A DNA stretch of 64,000 nt, from assembly GCA_964230645.1 (NCBI GenBank), contig CAXRHT010000002.1:192001-256000 (forward strand), in the 5' to 3' direction. Of this stretch, positions 46,068 through 55,667 are shown in pieces. Made by a program: the position numbers and the translations under genes. The DNA comes from Bdellovibrionales bacterium. Lineage in GTDB: Bacteria; Bdellovibrionota; Bdellovibrionia; Bdellovibrionales; JAGQZY01. The notes under the pieces are model-generated. The model saw only the letters and a list, made by a program, of their open reading frames with translations. It searched no databases and had not been told where the DNA came from. The number at the start of each line of letters is the position of its first letter. The stretch's first letter is position 1.

Positions 46068-48029
46068 TCAAAAGTTATCCGGACGCATAGGGGGAAGAGG
46101 ATCAGTGGGTGGATTCACCGTGGGAATCCCGACAGAGTCATCATTGTCATCACCCTCCTCTTCTTCACCCAAATCTATGCCAGGATAGTTGATTGCAAGT
46201 TTTGGGAGTCCTGGACAAAGCTTTTGTTCATCGACTTTAAAAATTAAATCAATAGCTAAATTAAAAAAGCTTTTTTCGCCTTCGTAACCATGACCATTTT
46301 CTAAATGGTAGGCGATTTCAGAAGGCCTTTTTAAAAGGTTCTCATTATCTCCCTGCATGAGAACAGCTGAACGTAAATGAGTCCCATTTCCAAAAGCATC
46401 TTCTTCATCTTGGTGGACAATGTGGCAAGCATTGATCGCTGCAATACCGTGATCGGCTAGGGACTGGATTTCTCCGTATTCGCTGACACCGTTGCGGTTT
46501 TCATCCACCCAGATTTTGAGTTGATTGTCGTAGATGTCTTTATCCCAGGGACCTATGTATCGATTGCGAACGTTTGAACTCTCGCAATCTTTTCCGGCAT
46601 AAACTCTTAAGGCCTCAAAACCGTTTTCATAAGTCTTACCAGCCACCATCATGTTATCTCCAAACATTTGGGTGGAGCTTCGAACCTGGCCTTGGTCATC
46701 CGGAAGGACTAAAAATCCATCAGATGATTTCAATCGAACATCGAGGTTCACACGAGGGTCAGGATTCACACCTTGGTTGTAATCCTGGTAATCTCCACCG
46801 ATCCAAGCTGTACGATGAGCCTGACCTTGACCTTTATCATCGTCTTCAAGGGCTGCCATATTAAAATAGGTTCCCCAGCGCACACTAGAGGTTTTAACTC
46901 CATTGCCATCAAGGTCAATCACAATGGGTGTGTATTGTGATGAAAGAAGAGTTCCGTCCACGTCATGGGAAAGAATATTGTTAACCAACTGAACAGCGCC
47001 TTGAATCGGGTCGAACTGATAACCATTGACTGTTTCAGGAAGACTAAGATTTTTAGTCACATCATAATAGTTTTTATGAACCTCACAGACGTTAAGGATA
47101 TTATCAATGGAGGAGTCGATCTCAACTCCTCGGGTGGTGTCTTCTGAGAGTCTCACAATATCGTGTTTCATTTGTTCTGACCTAAGATCAGCCATATAGA
47201 GTTTTATGATTTGCGGTTCGCCATTCTCTAACGAGGGAACCGGCTGAAATAAACGGTTGGCGTATTCTCCAGCAAAGGCCTGATCAGATGCACAGCGGCC
47301 GACCTTACAGTAACCAATGTACATATAGTGAACCATATGCCGAATCAAGTTCACCTTGCTTTTTGTGTTCTTTTTCTTTCTTAACAGATCGGCCATAGCA
47401 GGAATATCAGACTCGTCCACATCAATAAAATCAAAGTAGCCTCCTTTAACAACCAAACTTTGAGGATCGACTTTTAGAGTGCTAAAAAAACAGCGCTCAC
47501 CCGTGCGGTACTGCCTGGCCACCTCGGTATTATCGACCGGGTAATAAGCGTTTTTACCAGAAGCAAATTTATTACTCTTTTTTCCAGCCACAGGGATATA
47601 ACTGACACCCCCGTTGGTTTCACTTAAAACCGCTCTTTGGTTGGCATACTTTGCGAGAACATCATGTTTTTTCCCAAAGGAATAAGAAAATTTAACAGGA
47701 ACAGTGGAACCAGTAGGATCAGCGGCCGCTTCATTTAAGGCCATTTGTTTTTCCATTTCATAAAGACCTGGAGTGGTGCAATCTCGCACCGGAATTTCGA
47801 TGGCTTCTGAGATTTGATCGACATGAAAAGGGCGCGAAGGGGGGATTGCGTCTAAGCTGGAATGAACATCACCCACGTGATCGTGAACATTGAAGGTTTG
47901 ACTTAAAGCTGTTGATTGTAAAGCTCTCTGTTCGGTTAGACTCGTACTTTTACCCTGACTACAAGCACTGACTATAAAAGGAAAACTTAAAAAGAATAGG
48001 GCCTTAGAAAAAGACTTTAAATCTGACAT
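46068..48029 (-). CDS. Lipoprotein with C-terminal FrpC-type self-processing-module-like Ca-binding domain
   Basis: VSA|C lipobox; TPIVIDLDGNG, TAWI, DGFLV, MFGDN, NGFEAL, LKIWVDENRNGVS..GEIQSLADHGI. GAGGAG SD before ATG 48029. Confidence 0.75.
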   Translation of the reverse strand: MSDLKSFSKALFFLSFPFIVSACSQGKSTSLTEQRALQSTALSQTFNVHDHVGDVHSSLDAIPPSRPFHVDQISEAIEIPVRDCTTPGLYEMEKQMALNEAAADPTGSTVPVKFSYSFGKKHDVLAKYANQRAVLSETNGGVSYIPVAGKKSNKFASGKNAYYPVDNTEVARQYRTGERCFFSTLKVDPQSLVVKGGYFDFIDVDESDIPAMADLLRKKKNTKSKVNLIRHMVHYMYIGYCKVGRCASDQAFAGEYANRLFQPVPSLENGEPQIIKLYMADLRSEQMKHDIVRLSEDTTRGVEIDSSIDNILNVCEVHKNYYDVTKNLSLPETVNGYQFDPIQGAVQLVNNILSHDVDGTLLSSQYTPIVIDLDGNGVKTSSVRWGTYFNMAALEDDDKGQGQAHRTAWIGGDYQDYNQGVNPDPRVNLDVRLKSSDGFLVLPDDQGQVRSSTQMFGDNMMVAGKTYENGFEALRVYAGKDCESSNVRNRYIGPWDKDIYDNQLKIWVDENRNGVSEYGEIQSLADHGIAAINACHIVHQDEEDAFGNGTHLRSAVLMQGDNENLLKRPSEIAYHLENGHGYEGEKSFFNLAIDLIFKVDEQKLCPGLPKLAINYPGIDLGEEEEGDDNDDSVGIPTVNPPTDPLPPMRPDNF

Positions 48030-48092
48030 TGACTCACTCCTCACGCAACTGAAGTTCTACTTTGTTGAGGTTTTTCTACTGACTTATTCAAT

Positions 48093-48108
48093 CGCAATAT
48101 TTGAACCT
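48093..48108 (-). promoter_or_regulatory. Possible sigma54 promoter
   Basis: Minus strand AGGTTCAAATATTGCG (GG-N10-GC with TTGC). Confidence 0.4.
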
Positions 48109-48383
48109 TCACACCTATCGACCTTGGTCTGGAGCGAGTGTAAAAATAAACTAAAAATCGCCTAAATTTGCGCCAGTTTGATTCGAAAATAACGACTTTG
48201 CTCAGGAATTTACCAAAAAAAAGAGAAAAGAAACGAACACTCTCAAGCCATTTAAAATTCCCAAATGTCCCTGAGGTTTTAGCGCGTCTTATCTTGAGAT
48301 TTTATTTTCGTGGGCCCTAAAGAAAAAACGAGTCTTTTTTCAACCTCAGTCGTTATACTTTAAAGACATAAAAGGGAGGACCC

Positions 48384-48674
48384 ATGAGAGGTTTTTTGAA
48401 ACTTGTAGTGCTTTTGCTTTTAAATATTAGTTTCCTTGCTTCAACGGCTTTCGCCGATCAAGGCGACCGACAGGCTCGCCAACAAAATCGTAAAGAGAAC
48501 AGAGCGGAAAGACAAGACAATCGCCAGGAGAGAAGAGTGAACCGCCAAGAACGCCGATCGGAGCGCCGTGACGCGAGAAAAGTGCGTCGCGCCAGCCGCA
48601 AAGATCGACGCGGAGCTAGGCAGGATCAACGCAGTCAAAGGCGAAGTGATCGACAACAAAAACGTCAGAAATAG
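48384..48674 (+). CDS. Small secreted Arg/Gln-rich low-complexity protein
   Basis: GGGAGG SD, signal peptide (AFA|D), repeated R(Q/K)ExR units. Confidence 0.75.
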   Translation: MRGFLKLVVLLLLNISFLASTAFADQGDRQARQQNRKENRAERQDNRQERRVNRQERRSERRDARKVRRASRKDRRGARQDQRSQRRSDRQQKRQK

Positions 48675-48681
48675 GTTTCTA

Positions 48682-48877
48682 TGTGGTCTTTTGGGAAGAC
48701 ATGTCTTTTTGAGTGAGGACATGTCTTCTTGAGCAAAAACATGTCGTCTTGAGCGCAGCGAAAGACCTAAGATCCTTCGCTTCGCTCAGGATGACAATAA
48801 CTTCGCTCAAGATGACAATTGCGTTGCTCAGGATGACAATGCATAACGCCCAGGAGAACAATGGATAACGCTCAGGA
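48682..48877. repeat. REP-like cluster D (central doublet with tandem half-sites)
   Basis: Central doublet 48742-48796; left half-sites at a 20-bp period (48702, 48722, 48742); right CTCAGGATGACAAT copies end at 48796, 48817, 48838, 48860. Confidence 0.9.
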
Positions 48878-48951
48878 GGCGGGGCCTTTTATTTTTCTCG
48901 CTCAAAAGATCGGGCTATGCTAGTGTGAAATCACACTTGAAGGCGGCCCCT

Positions 48952-49356
48952 ATGATTCGAAGTTTTTTAGTCTCATTGATTTTGTTTCTAGTCCTTGATT
49001 GGCTTTGGTTCACGGTATTTATGAAGAAGTTTGCTCTTGAACAACTTCGTCCGATCTTAAAACTCAATGCCGATGGTTCCATGAATGCCAATATGGTCGC
49101 AGCCGCTGGAGCCTATCTCTGCATGACCATCATAGTAACTTTGTTTTTAGAGAGTAAACTCACCGGTCCGTTCTTCTGGCAAGGCTTCTTTTATTCGGCC
49201 GCCATGGGATTTTTAGTCTTCGCGATTTTTGATTTCACCAATCTCGCTCTATTTAAAAGCTACCCGGTGAGCTTTGTGATCACAGATATCCTTTGGGGTA
49301 CTTTTCTTTTCTCAGTCGTTGGATTTTGCCTTAAGCTTTCAAAACAGGTGGCTTAG
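48952..49356 (+). CDS. DUF2177-family membrane protein
   Basis: LDWLWF, AAGAY, FAIFDFTNLALFKSYP, DILWG. Confidence 0.85.
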   Translation: MIRSFLVSLILFLVLDWLWFTVFMKKFALEQLRPILKLNADGSMNANMVAAAGAYLCMTIIVTLFLESKLTGPFFWQGFFYSAAMGFLVFAIFDFTNLALFKSYPVSFVITDILWGTFLFSVVGFCLKLSKQVA

Positions 49357-49549
49357 ATCCTTAAAAAGGGGAGTTTAGCCAATCCATCCCACTAAAGTGT
49401 GTTAATTTGATTTTCATATCCAATTTGGTGCTAGCTGCCGGATTTTTTTGGGGCCAAAAATCATAAATGGCCTGATTTTCAGGCAAAATTTACGACTCCT
49501 AGACATAAAATACTGTGCATTTCCAGGCACTTGAAGAATTTCCTCTTAT

Positions 49550-49617
49550 TTTTAAACAAACGTTTGATTTTGTTTTACATCCCATTCAGTCTCTGTTAAT
49601 TTTAAACAAACGTTTGA
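49550..49617. promoter_or_regulatory. Duplicated palindromic operator, probable TetR site
   Basis: TTTTAAACAAACGTTTGA at 49550-49567 and 49600-49617, each containing the palindrome CAAACGTTTG, just upstream of the efflux operon. Confidence 0.7.
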
Positions 49618-49636
49618 ATAATGTAGGAGTTGAAAT

Positions 49637-50956
49637 ATGTCCCTCAAGCTGTTTGGATCAGTCGGTGTTTTTATTATCCGTTTGAGCCTTCTAATACTAA
49701 TAGCCTTCCCCGCGATGGCACAAACCCGAGTCCTAGGACTCAATGAAGCTCTGGAACTTGCTAAAAAGAACAGTGAAGACCTGAAGCTAAAGAAAGTAGA
49801 CACTCAAAAACGGTCCCAACAGTACGATGAAGCCTTCGGTACCGTTCTTCCTCAGGTTTCTGTGGAAGCCAGCTACCAACGTTATTTCAAACAACCCGTA
49901 TTCTTTGGAAACCGTATTCCGATCCAAGACCAAGTCCAATCAGGTATCGTAGTTAACCAACTTTTATGGGCTTTCGGAAGAGTGGGAAGTTCTTTGGAAG
50001 CGGCAAAAGCGGCTGTTGAACTGGTCAAACACGAAAAAGAATACACACTGGTTCAAGTTGAGTATTCGACAAGGCTGGCTTACTACAGTGTCCTTTTCGC
50101 TAAAGACCAGCTCGAAGTGGCTAAGAAAAATTTAGAAAACTCCCAGGAAAACTTGCGAATTCTGGAAAGAAAATTTCGCGGTGGAAGACCCCCACAATCC
50201 GACTTATTAAGACTGCGCTCAGACATTGCCTCTCAAGCTCCAATGGTGCGAACAGCAAAGAGTCAGTACGATCAGGCTCGCATGACCTTAGCTCAAGTTT
50301 GTGGGCTCTCTGATTATGAAAATATCAAAATCAATACAGCTGACATTGATCGTATGACTCAACTCAGTCGCAATGCTCTGGCCAGTGAGCTCAAAAAAGA
50401 TCATCCCAAAATTAAACTTCTTAAAGAGCAAATTCATTATTCTGAAAAAGTAGCTGACTCTATGTCAGCGGCCAATTTACCAACGATAAATCTCACCGCA
50501 GGCTACAACTATGCCGGTGCTTCTACATCAACGATTGCCGGGGAGGACCTATTTGATTCCTCTTATGCCGCTTTGTCTCTACAGTGGAACTTATGGGATG
50601 GAGGATCAACTCGGGCGAAATACAAACAGTCTGTCTCCGATCGAATGGCGGCCGAATTGCAACTGGCCAAAGAAAAAGAGCAACTCAATTTATCCTTGAG
50701 CAAAAAGTTTAATGATTACGTTACCCTCAAGGAAAATCTTGATGAAACAAAAAGTGCTGTCAAATTGGCCGAGCGATCTTTTGCCATCTCTCAAAAAAGA
50801 TTCTCCTCAGGACAGACAGCCATTACCGAAATCAATACCAACCAATTTTCCCTCAACCAAATTCGCTTGAACCTTGCAAATATTCGCTATCAGCTTCTTA
50901 GCACTCATGCTGAAATTGAAATGATCGCTGGTCGCACCTCGGAGAACTCCCTATGA
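49637..50956 (+). CDS. TolC-family outer-membrane channel
   Basis: LNEALELAKKNS, AYYSVL, LPTINL, LQWNLWDGG, AERSF..SQKRFSSG. Confidence 0.88.
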   Translation: MSLKLFGSVGVFIIRLSLLILIAFPAMAQTRVLGLNEALELAKKNSEDLKLKKVDTQKRSQQYDEAFGTVLPQVSVEASYQRYFKQPVFFGNRIPIQDQVQSGIVVNQLLWAFGRVGSSLEAAKAAVELVKHEKEYTLVQVEYSTRLAYYSVLFAKDQLEVAKKNLENSQENLRILERKFRGGRPPQSDLLRLRSDIASQAPMVRTAKSQYDQARMTLAQVCGLSDYENIKINTADIDRMTQLSRNALASELKKDHPKIKLLKEQIHYSEKVADSMSAANLPTINLTAGYNYAGASTSTIAGEDLFDSSYAALSLQWNLWDGGSTRAKYKQSVSDRMAAELQLAKEKEQLNLSLSKKFNDYVTLKENLDETKSAVKLAERSFAISQKRFSSGQTAITEINTNQFSLNQIRLNLANIRYQLLSTHAEIEMIAGRTSENSL

Positions 50957-51663
50957 AGAAAATAAATATTCTTAGAATTGTGATTTACCTGGGCCTGATG
51001 GCCGCTTTTGTCTTCTACATTCAAATTGAAAAACAAGAAGTTGTTGAAAGTCGGGCCCGCGAAGCCATCACCTTGATTGGTGAGAAAATGGAGCACGGCA
51101 CCCCCGTTGATGTTCAAGAAGTTCATTCTCGCTCCCTACCAGAAACCCTGCGAGTGAGTGTGACCGAACTTAATAGCGAGAGTAAAACTTTGACCTTTTA
51201 TTTTGATCGCTCTCAAAAAACAAAATTACGCCAGGGCCAAGAGGTTTTAAGTACAAATGAAGACAAAACGGTGGGAGAGCTTTCCTCGCTTTCAAATCGA
51301 CTTTCTTCCTCTCTGGGGCTTTATAAGGGAAAAATTAAACTTTCTGAAAAAGCGGATATGAACGATTTAAAATTAAAGTCCCTAGATGTGGTTGTTGGAA
51401 CGAAGAAAGGAAGCCTCGCTGTACCTATGGCGGCCATTCTATATGACCGAATGGATGGCCCCTATGTATGGATCAGTGATTCAGGTATTGCTAAAAAGCA
51501 AAAAGTGAACATTGGACAAAGTTACAATCTTGAGTCCGAAATTACCTCAGGGGTTGAAGAAGGCACGCGAGTTGTGATCAATGGTGCCAAAAAATTGGAA
51601 GCGGGCGAAAAACTAAGAGTGAGACGTTGTGTTGATTGTGCAGGAGTGGTGAAAAATGATTGA
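50953..51663 (+). CDS. Short periplasmic adaptor (MFP)-like protein
   Basis: N-terminal TM, PVDV, LAVPMAAI, EITSGVEEGTRVVING; only 236 aa. Confidence 0.7.
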   Translation: MKKINILRIVIYLGLMAAFVFYIQIEKQEVVESRAREAITLIGEKMEHGTPVDVQEVHSRSLPETLRVSVTELNSESKTLTFYFDRSQKTKLRQGQEVLSTNEDKTVGELSSLSNRLSSSLGLYKGKIKLSEKADMNDLKLKSLDVVVGTKKGSLAVPMAAILYDRMDGPYVWISDSGIAKKQKVNIGQSYNLESEITSGVEEGTRVVINGAKKLEAGEKLRVRRCVDCAGVVKND

Positions 51664-54600
51664 ATTATCAGTAAAAAGACCGGTTACAACTCTAATCTTA
51701 ATTCTGGTTTTTGTCTTATTGGGGCTTGTTTCTTTTACAAACCTCAACGTGGAACAATCTCCTCGAATTGATTTTCCTCTGATTAGTGTGAATGTCACTT
51801 ATTTCGGTGCCTCTCCTGAAGAGATCGAAACTCAAATCATTAAGCCAATTGAAGACGCTATTGTCGAAGTCTCTGAAATTAAGAAGATTAAATCACGAGC
51901 CTTTGAAAACTTCGGTTATGTATTGATCGAATTTAATCTCTCAGCTGACGTAAACGTGAAATCATCAGAGGTAAAAGATAAGGTCGAGGCCATTGTCAAT
52001 GAATTACCTGACGGCATTGAGAAGCCAATCGTTGAAAGAATCGATCCCTTTGCCACCCCTGTGGTGAATATCGCACTGACTAGTGACAAGCATTCTCCAC
52101 GCGAGCTTTATGAGTACGCTGATAAAAACCTAAAGAATCAATTTACAAAAGTTTCTGGTGTGGGAGCGGTGGATCTTTTTGGGGGAGAAGAGCGTGAAAT
52201 AAAAGTAGAGGTTGATCCTGTGCAACTTCAAGCCAGGTATCTTTCGATCATGGATGTGGTCAGTGCTTTGAAATCACAAAATATCAACCTTCCGGCCGGA
52301 AAGATCGATAACAAAGTCACAACTTTTAGTGTGCGCTATGAAGGCGAATTTGAAGATGTTGAAGCTCTAAGAAAACTCACCTTAAAAAATAGGGACGGTG
52401 TCACCTTTACCCTAGGTGATGTGGCCCTTGTTTATGATGGTTCTAAAAAGATTGAAACGATTTCTCGTTTTAACGACAAGCCGGTTGTTTCAATGTCGGT
52501 AAAAAAGATTTCTGATGGTAACGAAATCAATGTGGCTCGAGGGGTTAAAGACATGATCCCTGAGATTGAAAAAACACTGCCTGAGGGGATGGACCTTGAG
52601 GTTTCCTTTGATGGTTCTAAAAAAATCGTCAGTGAAACCGAAAACACCATTCAAAGCATTATTTTAGGAGTTATTCTCACAGTTTTTATTCTCTTTATAT
52701 TCTCCGGAAACTTTCGTCTAACCATCATTGCCTCAGTGGTGATTCCATCTTCTCTGATCTCCGGCTTTCTGTTGATGGATTTTTCTGGCTTTACCATTAA
52801 CTTTATTTCCCTTCTCGCTATGGCCACAGCCCTTGGAACATTAATTGCCAACGCCATCGTTATCATCGAGGCCGTTCTTACCCAACTCCAAATGGGAAAA
52901 GATCCTCAAACAGCGGCCATCGATGGAACCAAAGAAGTTCTTGTGCCCGTTCTTGCCTCCTGTGGAACAAACCTTGTGGTGTTTACTCCTATTGCTTTTA
53001 TGGGAGGTATTGTCGGTCAATTTATGCTTCAGTTTGGAATGACTGTGGTTTATGCCACGCTTTTTTCTCTTCTCGCTTCTTTCACTTTAACACCCATGAT
53101 GTGTGGACTTTTGCTTAAACCAATAAAAAAAGGCGAGGAAAAACAGAATATCATAGTGAAGACGACCGATCGTGTGGTGGGTTTCTTTTTAAAAGAATAC
53201 CGAGTCCTTTTTAACCTTATGTTTAAACATCCTATCCTCTGGACACTTTTTATTATTGCTACAGTGATTGGTGGCTTTAAGCTGGCACCCTATGTAGGAA
53301 ACGAATTCATCCCTATTTCAGATGAGGACCGTATCGAAATTCTTCTAACCCTACCGCAAGGGTCGACTATTTGGGAGACCAGTGAGGCCTCAAAAGATGT
53401 GGAAGCCTTACTTAAAGATATTCCTGAGGTGGATTCACAGGTTGTGATCCTAGGAGAAAACGGTACTGAAAATGGACGAATCATAGTGAACCTCAAACCT
53501 TCCGAATCAAGAGAGCGAAGTGATGTGGATCTTATTGATCAACTCACTCCCCAGGTCGCAAAAATCCCCAATATGGAAGTGGAGTTTCGGCGAGGAGATG
53601 GCGGCGGGGGAGCGGAAGCCGATATCTCCCTTAACATCGTAGGCAAAAACTACGATGAGATGGTTGAGGTCTCAAAGAAAGTTATGAAGGAAATGAAAGC
53701 CTCCGGCTATTTTCGCTCACTCACGTCTTCTTATAAAAACCCGAGCTCTGAGCTGACCTTTATCCCAGATCTAAAAAAAATGGAGCAGTATGGTGTTAAT
53801 GGCTCCATCATCGGTGGCACGATCCGTACAGCGATTTATGGTGACGACACCAACGTCTTTCGAGAAGACGGGGAGGAGTATGATATTCGAGTGGAGATGA
53901 AAGAGAGCTACAAACAAACGGCTGATGCTTTTTCTAAAATCAATATTCTCACAAACTTTGGATTAGTACCCATCACCCAACTTGGAACGATCAAACGAAG
54001 TGCTGCCACGCCTAACCTCTGGCGCCGAGATCGAAACCGAATCATTCAAATCAACGGTTATTTGGCGAAATCAACAGCCGGGGTTGTGCAGGCTGAGCTT
54101 GAAAAAACTTTTAAAGATATGGATTTTGGTAAAGAAAACTCCTATATGTTTGTTGGAAACTCAGAAAGCCAAGAAGAAACAGGTAAAGAAATCGGAAAAG
54201 CCTTTGGGCTCGCTATTATTCTTACCTTTATGCTCCTTTGTGCGATCTTAAATTCCTTTGTGCACCCCTTTACGATCTCTTCTTCGATTATCACCTCTTA
54301 CGCAGGTGTCTTTTTACTTCTTTTCCTTGGGGGGTCTTCTATTAATATTGCCTCCATGCTCGGAATCGTCATGCTTGTGGGACTTGTGGTTAATAACGCT
54401 ATCCTTCTGATCGACCAAACCCAACAGATTGTTGACAATGGAGAGAAGGACTTAAAAGAAGCCCTCTGGAGGGGAGTGGAAGATAAATTTCGAGCCATTC
54501 TTATGACCTCAATTGCCATTGTTGCTGGTGTTCTCCCGCAGCTGTGGTCACCGGACCTAGCTAAAGCCTCTATGGGTTTTGTTATCGCTGGTGGAACTTT

Positions 54601-54694
54601 GGCTTCAATTGTTTATACCTTTTTACTGACTCCTATTGTCTACTATGCCTTAGAGAAAACTAGGACCTTTGTGATCCGTAAGGTGGTCTCATGA
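51656..54694 (+). CDS. RND (AcrB/HAE1-type) transporter
   Basis: SVKRPVT, GASPEEIE, IPSSL, TINFISL, GGIVGQF, SFTLTPM, NNAILL, RAILMTS. Confidence 0.93.
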   Translation: MIELSVKRPVTTLILILVFVLLGLVSFTNLNVEQSPRIDFPLISVNVTYFGASPEEIETQIIKPIEDAIVEVSEIKKIKSRAFENFGYVLIEFNLSADVNVKSSEVKDKVEAIVNELPDGIEKPIVERIDPFATPVVNIALTSDKHSPRELYEYADKNLKNQFTKVSGVGAVDLFGGEEREIKVEVDPVQLQARYLSIMDVVSALKSQNINLPAGKIDNKVTTFSVRYEGEFEDVEALRKLTLKNRDGVTFTLGDVALVYDGSKKIETISRFNDKPVVSMSVKKISDGNEINVARGVKDMIPEIEKTLPEGMDLEVSFDGSKKIVSETENTIQSIILGVILTVFILFIFSGNFRLTIIASVVIPSSLISGFLLMDFSGFTINFISLLAMATALGTLIANAIVIIEAVLTQLQMGKDPQTAAIDGTKEVLVPVLASCGTNLVVFTPIAFMGGIVGQFMLQFGMTVVYATLFSLLASFTLTPMMCGLLLKPIKKGEEKQNIIVKTTDRVVGFFLKEYRVLFNLMFKHPILWTLFIIATVIGGFKLAPYVGNEFIPISDEDRIEILLTLPQGSTIWETSEASKDVEALLKDIPEVDSQVVILGENGTENGRIIVNLKPSESRERSDVDLIDQLTPQVAKIPNMEVEFRRGDGGGGAEADISLNIVGKNYDEMVEVSKKVMKEMKASGYFRSLTSSYKNPSSELTFIPDLKKMEQYGVNGSIIGGTIRTAIYGDDTNVFREDGEEYDIRVEMKESYKQTADAFSKINILTNFGLVPITQLGTIKRSAATPNLWRRDRNRIIQINGYLAKSTAGVVQAELEKTFKDMDFGKENSYMFVGNSESQEETGKEIGKAFGLAIILTFMLLCAILNSFVHPFTISSSIITSYAGVFLLLFLGGSSINIASMLGIVMLVGLVVNNAILLIDQTQQIVDNGEKDLKEALWRGVEDKFRAILMTSIAIVAGVLPQLWSPDLAKASMGFVIAGGTLASIVYTFLLTPIVYYALEKTRTFVIRKVVS

Positions 54695-55323
54695 CAAAAG
54701 AAGCGAAGAATACCAAAGAGTTGATTATGGAAAAAGCTTCCGAACTTTTCGCTATGACAGGATTTCAGGGAACCTCCATTCGTGAAATCGCCCAGGTTTG
54801 CGATGTGAATGTGGCCTCGATTAATTATTACTTCGGTAGCAAACAGGGCCTTTATGTTGAAATTTCAAACCGCTCTTATGACTGGCTTGAAAACGGCTTA
54901 AGGGAGATTGGAGAGAAAACAGAGAAACTCGATGACTTTGTGGTGAAATCTTTTGAATTTATGATTTCAAAGCCTGAGGTGATTTGTACCTCTGTGCGCC
55001 TCATTCTCACCGACGGACTCGATGATCCCGAAAATAGTCATTGTCAATACAAAGGCTATAATGGTCCTCCCGGCTCAGAATTCTTTTATAAAATGATACA
55101 AAAAGAATTTGAAGACAATCTACCCGAAAAAGCCACTGACTTTCTGGTGAAAAACCTTTTCTCGCAAGTCATGCACTACGCCATGATTTACTCTTCTCCT
55201 CGTTTTGATGAAATGAAAAAGAAGGTGAGTGGACTGAGTAAGAAATCAATTTGTGAAAATTTGATGCATCACACCCGCGCTGTTACGGCCTATGTTAGTT
55301 CTAATAGAGAGATGAAGCTCTAG
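54691..55323 (+). CDS. TetR/AcrR-family regulator
   Basis: TKELIMEKASELFAMTGFQGTSIREIAQVCDVNVASINYYFGSKQGLY. Confidence 0.92.
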   Translation: MTKEAKNTKELIMEKASELFAMTGFQGTSIREIAQVCDVNVASINYYFGSKQGLYVEISNRSYDWLENGLREIGEKTEKLDDFVVKSFEFMISKPEVICTSVRLILTDGLDDPENSHCQYKGYNGPPGSEFFYKMIQKEFEDNLPEKATDFLVKNLFSQVMHYAMIYSSPRFDEMKKKVSGLSKKSICENLMHHTRAVTAYVSSNREMKL

Positions 55324-55331
55324 AGAATTAT

Positions 55332-55526
55332 TGTCATCTTGGGGAAACACACTGTCATCCTGAGGAATCCCATTGTCATCCTGAGGAATCCCATTGTCAT
55401 CCTGAGGCGAAGCCGAAGGATCTATGGGCCCTCGTTCGATCCACGGTCCTACAGATCCTTCGGCTTCGCCTCAGGATGACATTTCCAAATCGTCTCAGGA
55501 TGACAGTGTGTTTCCTCAGGATGACA
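55332..55526. repeat. REP-like cluster E (central doublet with tandem half-sites)
   Basis: TGTCATC starts at 55332, 55353, 55374, 55395 (21-bp period); the doublet arms 55395-55423 and 55453-55481 are perfect inverses; right copies end at 55505 and 55526. Confidence 0.92.
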
Positions 55527-55667
55527 TTGAGGCGCAAGACCACATTAAAACCAAAGGGCTTTATTGTAATTTTTTTAAAAAAGTCAGCAGCCCTTACCAT
55601 CCCCTGATTTCACCTTTCCATTTTAACTTTGTTAATTTAGTGTCCGAATTTCTTTAGGGACAATGAA

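Noticed and set aside
48682..48877. Repeat-spacer arrays (also 55332-55526 and 45751-46052) as CRISPR
   Set aside because: Periods are only about 20-24 bp with 8-12-nt variable parts, units are inverted about a centre, and no cas genes are present. They fit REP-like elements.
55397..55657. ORFs over the REP clusters (55397-55600, 55424-55657, 48679-48861, 43559-43789)
   Set aside because: The repetitive peptides (VILR/VILS, PQDD) are translations of the DNA repeats; no other support for coding.
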